32,702 nt of DNA, taken from an uncultured Acidimicrobiia bacterium (GTDB lineage Bacteria; Gemmatimonadota; Gemmatimonadetes; Gemmatimonadales; GWC2-71-9). The position numbers and the translations under genes were made by a program. Numbering within the stretch: position 1 is the first letter of the stretch; the number at the start of each line of letters is the position of its first letter. The stretch lies in NCBI GenBank assembly GCA_964196605.1, contig CAXMUQ010000247.1, positions 1 to 32,702 of the forward strand, read 5' to 3'. Below are positions 10,667 to 19,732 of this stretch, piece by piece. Under the pieces are notes generated by a model. It did not search any database, was not told the origin of the DNA, and saw only the letters and a list, made by a program, of their open reading frames with translations.

Positions 10667-11815
10667 ATGCTGCATTGCCAACGGGACGCTTTCCAGCTTC
10701 CCGCAGACGCGCACTACCTCAATTGTGCTTTCATGTCACCTCTCATGCGCAGCGTGGAGAACGCCGGCGTGGAGGGTATCCGCCAGAAGCGCAATCCGGC
10801 CGACATCCGCCCGGCCGACTTCTTTGATGAGGTGAACCGGGTTAGAGGCCTGTTCGCCCAGTTGATCAAGGCTGGGGACCCGACTCGGGTTGCGGTGGTT
10901 CCGTCCGCGTCCTACGGCCTCACCGCTGCAGCGCGCAATCTGCCCATGGCAGCGGGACAGACGGTGGTTGTGGCGGCCGGGCAGATGCCGTCGAACATGT
11001 ATTGCTGGCGCAGGATCGCTACCGAACGGCAGGGTCACGTGTACACTGTCGCTGCCCCGGTCGGAGGTGACAAGACGTTCACCGAAGCCATCATCGACGC
11101 CATCGACGAACGAACGGCGGTGGTGGCGTTGGGTACGGTGCACTGGTTCGACGGGCGCCGTTTCGACGTCGAGGCCATCGCCGATAGAGCAAGGGCCGTG
11201 GGAGCCAACTTGGTACTCGACGGCACCCAGTCGATCGGGGCCGTGCCGTTCGACGTGGAACGGATCCGTCCCGCCGCCGTGGTGGCGTCGTGCTACAAGT
11301 GGTTGTTGGGGCCGTATTCGGTAACCCTCGCCTGGTACGGTCCCGAGATGGACGGTGGTGTTCCGCTGGAGGAAATCTGGCTGGCGCGGCCCGGTAGTGA
11401 CGATTTCTCCCGGCTGGCTGAGTACAACGACAATTTCAGGCCGGGTGCGGCGCGCTACGATGTGGGCGAGACCAGCAACTTCGCGCTCATGCCGATGGTG
11501 CGCGCCGCGCTTGAGCAATTGGTGGAATGGTCGGTCGAGGAGGTGGCGGCCTACTGTGGTGGTTTAACGGACGAGATCGTTACGGCCTCGGAACGGTTGG
11601 GATATGACATGATCAACGCGCGGGAGCGATCGCCGCACATCGTCGGGATCCGCCTGAGGTCCGACGCTCAAGGTCTGGGGTTAGCTGACGCTCTAGACCT
11701 GAGGAACGTGCAGGTGTCAGTTCGGGGGGATGCAGTACGTGTGTCGCCGCATGTGTACAATGATCGGGGGGATATCGAGGCGTTGGTGGATGCGATGGAG
11801 GCGGCGAGCTCCTAG
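10667..11815 (+). CDS. Class V aminotransferase-fold PLP-dependent enzyme (cysteine desulfurase / Sec-lyase-like superfamily; substrate unknown)
   Basis: HYLNCAFMSPL at the N-terminus, VALGTVHWFDGRRFD, LVLDGTQSIGAVP, and a candidate PLP lysine in SCYKWLLGPY. I chose the ATG at 10667, preceded by GGAGA, over the ORF-track start at 10511, which overlaps the regulator gene. Confidence 0.8.
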   Translation: MLHCQRDAFQLPADAHYLNCAFMSPLMRSVENAGVEGIRQKRNPADIRPADFFDEVNRVRGLFAQLIKAGDPTRVAVVPSASYGLTAAARNLPMAAGQTVVVAAGQMPSNMYCWRRIATERQGHVYTVAAPVGGDKTFTEAIIDAIDERTAVVALGTVHWFDGRRFDVEAIADRARAVGANLVLDGTQSIGAVPFDVERIRPAAVVASCYKWLLGPYSVTLAWYGPEMDGGVPLEEIWLARPGSDDFSRLAEYNDNFRPGAARYDVGETSNFALMPMVRAALEQLVEWSVEEVAAYCGGLTDEIVTASERLGYDMINARERSPHIVGIRLRSDAQGLGLADALDLRNVQVSVRGDAVRVSPHVYNDRGDIEALVDAMEAASS

Positions 11816-11837
11816 TGTGTCGTCGGCAATGTGGCAC

Positions 11838-11857
11838 GGGCGACGGATGTGTCGCCC
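11838..11857. terminator. Hairpin between convergent genes
   Basis: GGGCGAC (11838..11844) pairs with GTCGCCC (11851..11857) around a 6-nt loop, in the 42-nt gap between the stops at 11815 (+) and 11858 (-). No T-run. Confidence 0.3.
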
Positions 11858-12979
11858 CTACGCGGGCCATTGCTGGGTAAGGCAATGGAAGCTTCCCAGG
11901 CCCCAGGCCAGGTCGGTAGAGGGTATTAGGGCAATGCGGCGGGTTGGGAAGCACTGTTGCAGCACGGTGCGGGCGATCTCATCGCGATCCGGATCGTAGG
12001 CTGGGACCAATACCACGCCGTTGGCGATGTAGAAGTTGGCGTAGCTGGCAGGCAGTCTCTCTCCGTCGTGATATACCGGCCGCGGCATTGGCAACTCGAC
12101 GATGCGAAGAGGATTGCCGTCCTGATCCGTCATAGCCTCCAGACGTTCGCGATTGTTCCTGAGGGTGTGATAATTCACGTCTGCGGGGTCGTCCTCGACT
12201 GCGGTAACTACGGTTGAAGGACCGACGAATCGGGTGAGGTCATCCACGTGCCCGTCAGTGTCGTCACCGGCAATCCCGTCACCCAACCAGAGAATGTGTT
12301 CGACGTTGAAGTAGTTTTTAAGGGTTTGTTCGATGTCCGCCTTGGTGTGGTTAGGATTACGGTTGGGGTTGAGTAGGCAGGATTCGGTGGTCAGCAGGGT
12401 CCCGGCACCGTTGACGTCGATGGAGCCACCTTCCATGACCAGGCCGGGCACGAAACGACGCAGGCCATGGTGGCCGGCAATTCTGCCCGGAATGGCGTTG
12501 TCGTTTTCGAATGGCGGATACTTGCCACCCCACGAGTTGTACTCCCAATCGAGGACCGCCTCCTCGGATCGTCCGTCTACCACGCGCTGGAGAAAAATGG
12601 GGCCGTGGTCCCTGGCCCAAGCGTCGTCCGTGGGGAAGTGATGGAACACGACCCTGTCCTGCGCGACGCCGGCACGCGCCAGTAGGCTGCGCACGTCCGC
12701 CTCCATGTCGGGTCCGGTGACGTTGAGGTAGACGTGCTCGTGGGGGACCAGGGTCGCGACGACTTGTACGAAGATGGGCGGGATTCTATCGAAGATTCCC
12801 GGCCAGGACGACTCACGGTGCAGCCAGCTGAGCCACGTCCCCCGATGGGGTGCCCATTCGGGCGGCATGTGAAACCCCAGGTCCGCCGGGGTAGGGGCAG
12901 GAGCCGGGCCGGTCAATCGCGGAAACGGCGCCCGAGGTCCTGATAGGCGTCGATACGGCGGTCCCGGAGGAACGGCCAA
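11858..12979 (-). CDS. aguA: Agmatine deiminase (peptidyl-arginine deiminase, Porphyromonas type family)
   Basis: GFHMPPEWAPHRGTWLSW, DDAWARDHGPIF, WGGKY, EGGSIDVNGAGTLLTTE, the ending GSFHCLTQQ (catalytic Cys) and the overall length. The start is uncertain. The ATG at 12979 gives a 67-nt overlap with aguB. The TTG at 12916 gives a 4-nt TTGA overlap with the aguB stop and still retains the conserved N-terminus. Confidence 0.85.
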   Translation of the reverse strand: MAVPPGPPYRRLSGPRAPFPRLTGPAPAPTPADLGFHMPPEWAPHRGTWLSWLHRESSWPGIFDRIPPIFVQVVATLVPHEHVYLNVTGPDMEADVRSLLARAGVAQDRVVFHHFPTDDAWARDHGPIFLQRVVDGRSEEAVLDWEYNSWGGKYPPFENDNAIPGRIAGHHGLRRFVPGLVMEGGSIDVNGAGTLLTTESCLLNPNRNPNHTKADIEQTLKNYFNVEHILWLGDGIAGDDTDGHVDDLTRFVGPSTVVTAVEDDPADVNYHTLRNNRERLEAMTDQDGNPLRIVELPMPRPVYHDGERLPASYANFYIANGVVLVPAYDPDRDEIARTVLQQCFPTRRIALIPSTDLAWGLGSFHCLTQQWPA

Positions 12980-13806
12980 TGGGTTCTAGCCTGCTCGACG
13001 GCGGAGAGGTCACAGGGGACAACCAGGACTTCCGGTTCTTGCCCGGCCTTGGCCAACACGTTGCCGTAGGGATCCGCTACGAAGCTTCTACCCCAGAACT
13101 CAATGCCGCCACCATCCGACGGCTCGAGCCCCACCCGGTTGGCGGCGACAACGTACACGCCGTTTGCTACCGCGTGACTGCGTTGCATAGTTTCCCAGGC
13201 CATATGTTGGGATTCACCATACTCGGCTTTTTCCTTCGGGAGCCAGCCGATGGCGGTGGGATAGAACAGGATGTGGGCGCCGCCCATGGCGGTCAGCCGA
13301 GCCGCCTCAGGGTACCACTGATCCCAGCAGATCAGCACACCGATCCGGCCGTAGCGAGTGTTCCAGGTAGGGAATCCCAGGTCGCCCGGCGTGAAGTAGA
13401 ACTTCTCGTGGAACTGTGGGTCGTCGGGGATGTGCATTTTCCGGTACTTGCCGAGTAACGATCCGTCGGCGTCGAGCACCGCGGCGGTATTGTGGTAGAG
13501 ACCCTCGGCTCGACGTTCGAAGAGCGACGCCACGAGGACCACCTCGAGTTCACGAGCCAATGGGCTCAGCTGTTCGGTGGTGGGTCCAGGTACCGGCTCG
13601 GCCAGCTGGAAGTTGGCGTGGTCTTCAGCTTGACAGAAGTACCGGGAGCGGAACAGCTCCTGGAGACAGATGATCTGCGCCCCCCGGGCGGCGGCGGAAC
13701 GAATGCCATCGAGAGCGCGTTCAGTGTTATGATCGACGTCGGTGGAGCAGGGCGATTGAACCAGTCCCACCGTCACGGTGCCGGGGGCAGGTGGGTGGGG
13801 TATCAT
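12913..13806 (-). CDS. aguB: N-carbamoylputrescine amidase (carbon-nitrogen hydrolase family)
   Basis: Nitrilase-superfamily motifs: QELF (catalytic Glu region), YRKMHIPD (Lys) and VLICWDQWYPE (Cys). I chose the ATG at 13806 (MIPHPPAPGTVTVGLVQ) over the longer ORF-track start at 13863. Confidence 0.88.
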   Translation of the reverse strand: MIPHPPAPGTVTVGLVQSPCSTDVDHNTERALDGIRSAAARGAQIICLQELFRSRYFCQAEDHANFQLAEPVPGPTTEQLSPLARELEVVLVASLFERRAEGLYHNTAAVLDADGSLLGKYRKMHIPDDPQFHEKFYFTPGDLGFPTWNTRYGRIGVLICWDQWYPEAARLTAMGGAHILFYPTAIGWLPKEKAEYGESQHMAWETMQRSHAVANGVYVVAANRVGLEPSDGGGIEFWGRSFVADPYGNVLAKAGQEPEVLVVPCDLSAVEQARTHWPFLRDRRIDAYQDLGRRFRD

Positions 13807-13861
13807 AGCTGCGTAGTATAATGACCGTGCGCATCTGCGCCACGCCAACGGGGAAGAAAGC

Positions 13862-14329
13862 ATGCCACAGCCGATCTATGTTTGCGAGGCCACCATCCGC
13901 CGCTGGGAGGGCCCGAACCGGACGGTACGTCTCCCGGGGGCCTCCGAGGACATTTCCTTTGGGGTTCATGGGGCCATCGCCCAACACTACGGGCTCGACT
14001 CGATGGATGGACATCGACCGAACGCGACGACGATCGACTACGTCATTGCGGCGGCGGGTGGCTGACTCACCGGCACTTTTGCTGGCGCGCTGGAAGCGCG
14101 CGGGATTTCTCTGGGGCCGGAAGACATATACGGGGACGTGCGCGGTGAGGTCGAGTTGGATGACGGGGTATTGGTGATCAAGCGGATTCACGTTGCCTAC
14201 CGACTCAGGGTGGCGGAAGAACACCGCGTGGTTGCCGAGCGGGTGTTAGGCGTTCACGCCGACAAGTGTCCGGTCGCGAGGAGTATTGCAGGGGCGATCG
14301 GGATTACGACGGGGATCGAGTACCTGTAG
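13862..14329 (+). CDS. OsmC/Ohr-family peroxidase-like protein with an in-frame TGA (14063..14065) at the catalytic-Cys position; candidate selenoprotein (155 codons including the TGA)
   Basis: ORF-track pieces 13862..14065 and 14138..14329 share one frame, and I translated the gap by hand. The result is ...NATTIDYVIAAAGG[TGA]LTGTFAGALEARGISLGPEDIYGDVRGEVELDDGVLVIKRIHVAYRL...HADKCPVARSI.... This mirrors E. coli OsmC NPEELIGAAHAAC(59)FSMAL... and ...KAGC(125)PVSQ. It would be a pseudogene if the TGA is not recoded. Confidence 0.7.
14085..14101 (+). promoter_or_regulatory. SECIS-like hairpin downstream of the OsmC-family TGA
   Basis: GCGCGC (14085..14090), loop UGGAA (14091..14095), GCGCGC (14096..14101). 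The stem starts 19 nt after the UGA. A possible outer helix pairs CCGGC (14070..14074) with GCCGG (14116..14120). Folded by eye only. Confidence 0.4.
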
Positions 14330-14362
14330 GTGCGTACTACGCACGTCGCACAACGCACATGC

Positions 14363-16045
<1,683 letters not shown>

Positions 16046-16102
16046 GGGCGGGGAAGATACCACCGCCTGTGGTATGCAACCAACCCAAAACCGAGGCACG
16101 CA

Positions 16103-16672
16103 ATGCGAAGCTGGCTTGTCGTTCTGTTAGGCGTTGTGGCAGTGCTAGTCCCCCGGGCGGATCTGCCGGCCCAGGAAAACACTCCGCTAGACATAGAGGC
16201 GGAGGCTCCCACCTTTGCGCTTCCGGGGGCAACGGCTAAAGGAATCCTGCCGCATGACGTCAGCTTGGCCGACTTCAAAGGCAAGACGGTGGTTCTGGCC
16301 TTCTTCTACAAGGCCCGGACCAAGGGCTGAACTATCCAAATGCGCGCGTACCGTGATCAGTACGCGGAAATATTTGGAGAGCGGAATGACGTGGTGCTGC
16401 TGGCCATCAGCCGAGATAGCCCTGAAGCGTTGTCGTCGTGGGCCCAGGATGAGGGATTCGAGTTTCGCATGTTGAGTGACGCGGACGGCGCTGTGGGGAA
16501 GGCGTATGGGGCTGTGACCTCCGATGACAGGCTCGACAACCGGAATCTTTTCATTGTCGATGGGGAAGGGCTTGTCGCCCACCGGATGGTTCCCTTCCGA
16601 GAGGTAGATCCTACGGCCTACACCGACCTGGCTGATGCAATCCTGCAAGTGGCTGGTGCGCCAGCTGACTAG
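16103..16672 (+). CDS. Secreted AhpC/TSA (BCP-like) peroxiredoxin with an in-frame TGA (16328..16330) at the peroxidatic-Cys position; candidate selenoprotein
   Basis: ORF-track pieces 16031..16330 and 16340..16672 are in the same frame. Read-through gives ...FKGKTVVLAFFYKARTKG[TGA]TIQMRAYRDQYAEIFGERNDVVLLAISRDSPEALSSWAQDEGFEFRMLSDADGAVGKAYGA.... This aligns by eye with E. coli BCP RVLVYFYPKAMTPGC(45)TVQACGLRD...VLGISTD...FTLLSD...FGV, so T-x-x-[TGA]-T-x-Q corresponds to T-x-x-C-T-x-Q. The start is the ATG at 16103, with signal-like MRSWLVVLLGVVAVLV. Confidence 0.75.
16345..16366 (+). promoter_or_regulatory. SECIS-like hairpin downstream of the peroxiredoxin TGA
   Basis: CGCGUAC (16345..16351) pairs with GUACGCG (16360..16366), giving 7 bp around the 8-nt loop CGUGAUCA. 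The stem starts 14 nt after the UGA. Folded by eye only. Confidence 0.4.
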
Positions 16673-16681
16673 CACTTCTGG

Positions 16682-17938
16682 TCAGGTATCGAGGATCGCC
16701 TCGATCTCCTCCAATCGTCCGTCGATCTCAACGACCCGGGAATCCCGGGCCGTATTCGCAGCCAGGGGCTCTTTTAGGAGGTGCCCCGTCAGGACCGCTA
16801 CGACGCTGTCGTCTTCGCCGATAATCGCGTCGTGTCGCAGGCGTTTCACGCCGGCAACTGCCGCGGCACTGGCCGCCTCACAGCCAACACCGGAGCGGTC
16901 CACTACCGCCTTGGCCTCCAGGATTTCCTGGTCGGTCACGGTGGTCACCAGGCCGTTGGTTGCGCGGATAGCCCGCACGGCCCGGTCGAACGACGCCGGG
17001 TTGCCGATCCGAATGGCGGTGGCGACCGTGTCGGCGACGACTGGCTCGAGTTGTGAAAAACCCGCTGCATAGCTGTGGGCGAACGGCGCGGCACCTTCTG
17101 CCTGTACCGCCGCCAAACGAGGGAGACGGGAGATGAGCCCTGCGCGGAGCGCAGTGCTCAGGGCCCGCCCGAACGCAGAGGTATTGCCCAGATTGCCGGC
17201 TGGGAACACGATCCAATCCGGGGGCTCCCACCGCAGTTGGTGCAGCAGTTCGAGTATGATGGTCTGCTGACCGGCAATACGATACGGGTTGACCGAATTG
17301 AGCAAATAGAGTCCGAAGCGGTCCGCCGCCTGTTCCACCAGTTCGAGGCAGCGGTCGAAGTCTCCGCGAACGGCCACTGTTTGCGCCCCGTATGCTATCG
17401 ACTGGGCACGTTTCTCCGGTGTTACCCTGCCGGTAGGCACCAGTACCAGAGCCTGCAACCCGGCACGGGCGGCGTAGGCGGCAAGGGACGCAGCTGTGTT
17501 CCCGGTTGATGCACAAGCCACGTGCCGGGCACCTAGAAGGACGGCTTGGGTAATACCGACCGTCATGCCCCGGTCCTTGAATGATCCTGTCGGGTTCTGC
17601 CCCTCGTGTTTTAAGGTGAGCCGGTCCGTTTCCGTCCACCGTGCGATGGTGTCCGAAAAGATCAGGGGTGTATTCCCCTCCGGATAGCTGGTGGGTGCAT
17701 CGGTTGGCCGCGGGAGGATCAACTCTCGGTAGCGCCAGACACCGGAAATGTCGACAACGTCCCGTCCGGTGAGGCGAGTCTCGAACCGAGATCGCAGATC
17801 CGCACCAGTCCAAGGGGGAATAGGAACTTCGAGATCGAGGAGTCCACCGCAGCTGCACCGCTGATTGGTGGCTGATGCTCCATAGACCCGGCCGCATGCC
17901 GGGCAGACCAGGCCCATCACCGAAGTTGTAGGGGCCAC
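16682..17938 (-). CDS. thrC: Threonine synthase (with N-terminal Cys-rich zinc-ribbon-like segment)
   Basis: EGNTPL, GSFKDRGM (PLP Lys), ASTGNTAASLAAYAA and the overall length. The N-terminus CPACG...CSCGG is present. The GTG start overlaps the thrB stop by 1 nt (TAGTG). Confidence 0.93.
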   Translation of the reverse strand: MAPTTSVMGLVCPACGRVYGASATNQRCSCGGLLDLEVPIPPWTGADLRSRFETRLTGRDVVDISGVWRYRELILPRPTDAPTSYPEGNTPLIFSDTIARWTETDRLTLKHEGQNPTGSFKDRGMTVGITQAVLLGARHVACASTGNTAASLAAYAARAGLQALVLVPTGRVTPEKRAQSIAYGAQTVAVRGDFDRCLELVEQAADRFGLYLLNSVNPYRIAGQQTIILELLHQLRWEPPDWIVFPAGNLGNTSAFGRALSTALRAGLISRLPRLAAVQAEGAAPFAHSYAAGFSQLEPVVADTVATAIRIGNPASFDRAVRAIRATNGLVTTVTDQEILEAKAVVDRSGVGCEAASAAAVAGVKRLRHDAIIGEDDSVVAVLTGHLLKEPLAANTARDSRVVEIDGRLEEIEAILDT

Positions 17939-18894
17939 TAAGTCTCCGGGGCTACCAAGCTCGCTTCAGGGACGAGACGGGCACCGAGGTGATCGACGTG
18001 CGTTACCCTGGTAGAGCAATCAAAGCCCGCCTTGCTGTAAGCGTGCGCCATGGCCTCGGCAATGCTCTGTCCACTGCTCTCCGTGTGCGCCAACGCGAAG
18101 GCACTGGGGCCGCTGCCGGAAACCGAAACTCCCAGGGCGCCAGCTTCGAGCGCAGCTGCTTTGGCTTCGCGGAAACCGGGGAGGAGTTGGGCCCGCGAAG
18201 GTTCGGCGATTCGGTCGTCGATGGCCCGTCCCAGGAGGGCCAGGTCTCGTTGGTAGCAGGCCGCAACAAGAGCACCCACCTGGGCCGCTTGGTGCATGGC
18301 GATGACCAATGGGATGCTGTCCGGGATACAAGACCTGCCCACGCTAGTCTCCAGCTGATAATCGGGCAGCGCCAGTACCATGCGGAGATTGGGGGGCACC
18401 GGCAACTTGACTATCTCCAGCGGTTGCTCGGAACGGACAAGTACCAAGCCGCCAAAGAGAGATGCGGCCACGTTGTCGATACACCTTCCCGATACTTTCT
18501 CCTCGGCAGTGAGGCACGCCTTTACCACACCAGTCGGCCACAGCGGGTTGTGGAGCAAGCCGTTGGTCGCCACCGCAGCCGCCACGGCCGAAGCAGCACT
18601 CCCGCCTTGGCCTGCCGTCAAGGAAAGGCCCTTTCGCACAGTCAGCTCGATGCCGGTCTCATCTTGCACACCAGCGAGTTTGAGTACTTCGGCGGCGGCA
18701 ATGGCGGCGGTGTGCCATTCGGGATCCGTAGGCAGGTCGGCGTGACCAGGGTCCTTGATACTCACTCCCGGCTCGTCCTTGCGTTCGACGATTGCCGTGT
18801 CTCCCCGGCCAGCGATGGCCATACCGAGGATGTCGAATCCCGGACCGACGTTGCCGATGCTTCCTGGCGCGTAGGCGCCAACCCGTTCAGTCAC
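17938..18894 (-). CDS. thrB: Homoserine kinase (GHMP kinase family)
   Basis: APGSIGNVGPGFDILG at the N-terminus and the GHMP motif LSLTAGQGGSAASAVA. GTG start at 18894. Confidence 0.9.
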   Translation of the reverse strand: MTERVGAYAPGSIGNVGPGFDILGMAIAGRGDTAIVERKDEPGVSIKDPGHADLPTDPEWHTAAIAAAEVLKLAGVQDETGIELTVRKGLSLTAGQGGSAASAVAAAVATNGLLHNPLWPTGVVKACLTAEEKVSGRCIDNVAASLFGGLVLVRSEQPLEIVKLPVPPNLRMVLALPDYQLETSVGRSCIPDSIPLVIAMHQAAQVGALVAACYQRDLALLGRAIDDRIAEPSRAQLLPGFREAKAAALEAGALGVSVSGSGPSAFALAHTESSGQSIAEAMAHAYSKAGFDCSTRVTHVDHLGARLVPEASLVAPET

Positions 18895-19732
18895 AGCCGG
18901 GCGACCCGCTTAGGGATAACGGTGGTTCGGCGCAGAGCCGCACTCCGGCCCGCGAGGGTGGGCGGGACGGTATCATATATGACCAAGGATTCATTGCGTT
19001 CGGCGATGCTGATGCTCCTGCGTTCGGTGCAGTCGTTGGTCCAAGCACGCCACTCGTGCCGTCTCGGCGATCACCCCTCCAGAACACATCCCGGTCGTAC
19101 CTTCGTTGTAACCTGCTGTTCACACCCGTCGGCTGTGCCTGGTAGACCAGTACTCGACTATGTGGGGGCAACGCCCTAGCGCCGCGGGCTGTAGACCGGA
19201 GCCTACAATATTCTGATTCTCGCACCGTTGGGTTGCGACGAGTACGATTTTCCCGGGAAGCATCGTCCGTGGTGCGAGCCTCGGCTTTCCCAATCTATGT
19301 TGTCCGTGGAGCCGGCGTGGCCCGCTAGCTGATCCTCTGCCACTCCAAGAGTCTACAAGTCTATATACTACAAGATGATGGCTGCCTCGGGCGAGACGCT
19401 GGCAGGGCGCCTCATCTGGCCAGAGTGAGGCATGCCGAACCGCTTCGAGGAGCAGCGCCCAAGGCTCCCTAACTGGCCCTCGGGGCTGCAATCATGGGGT
19501 CAGTTCGCCGAAGGCGCTCCCCCCAGGAAGCTGCGATGCAAGTTCTGGGCTCTGGAGGGCGCCACTACAGGGCTCAGCACCAGTATGGGCTGAGTCTGTC
19601 GACGAGACTAGGTAATCTGCGGTAGCGGGGACAGGACCCTCGAATGGTCTGGAAAAGTTCATACTGATCCTCAACTCCTCTTCATAGTCGAAATGGGTAG
19701 ATTGTCATTTCCGTTTATCACGAGAGAAGCCG

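Noticed and set aside
19120-19674. Two minus-strand ORFs (19492..19674 and 19120..19491) are in the same frame and separated only by a TGA (19494..19492). Superficially this is a third TGA read-through candidate.
   Set aside because: The combined translation is Arg/Pro/Gly/Ser-rich and resembles no protein family. There is no Cys-type redox motif around the TGA. The second piece would need a TTG start. I treated it as non-coding, as part of the unexplained 838-bp region.
18895-19732. Searched by eye for RNase P RNA (GGAAAGUCCGGGCUC, ACAGAACCCGGCUUA), tmRNA (GGGG...UUCGAC 5' end, T-arm plus CUCCACCA 3' end), SRP RNA (GGAAGGAAGCAGC) and tRNA-Sec (CUUCAAA anticodon loop plus T-arm).
   Set aside because: Only a weak partial resemblance was found, on the minus strand (GGAAAGCCGAGGCUCGC against the RNase P P4 strand). 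None of the other obligatory conserved blocks is present, so no known RNA is called.
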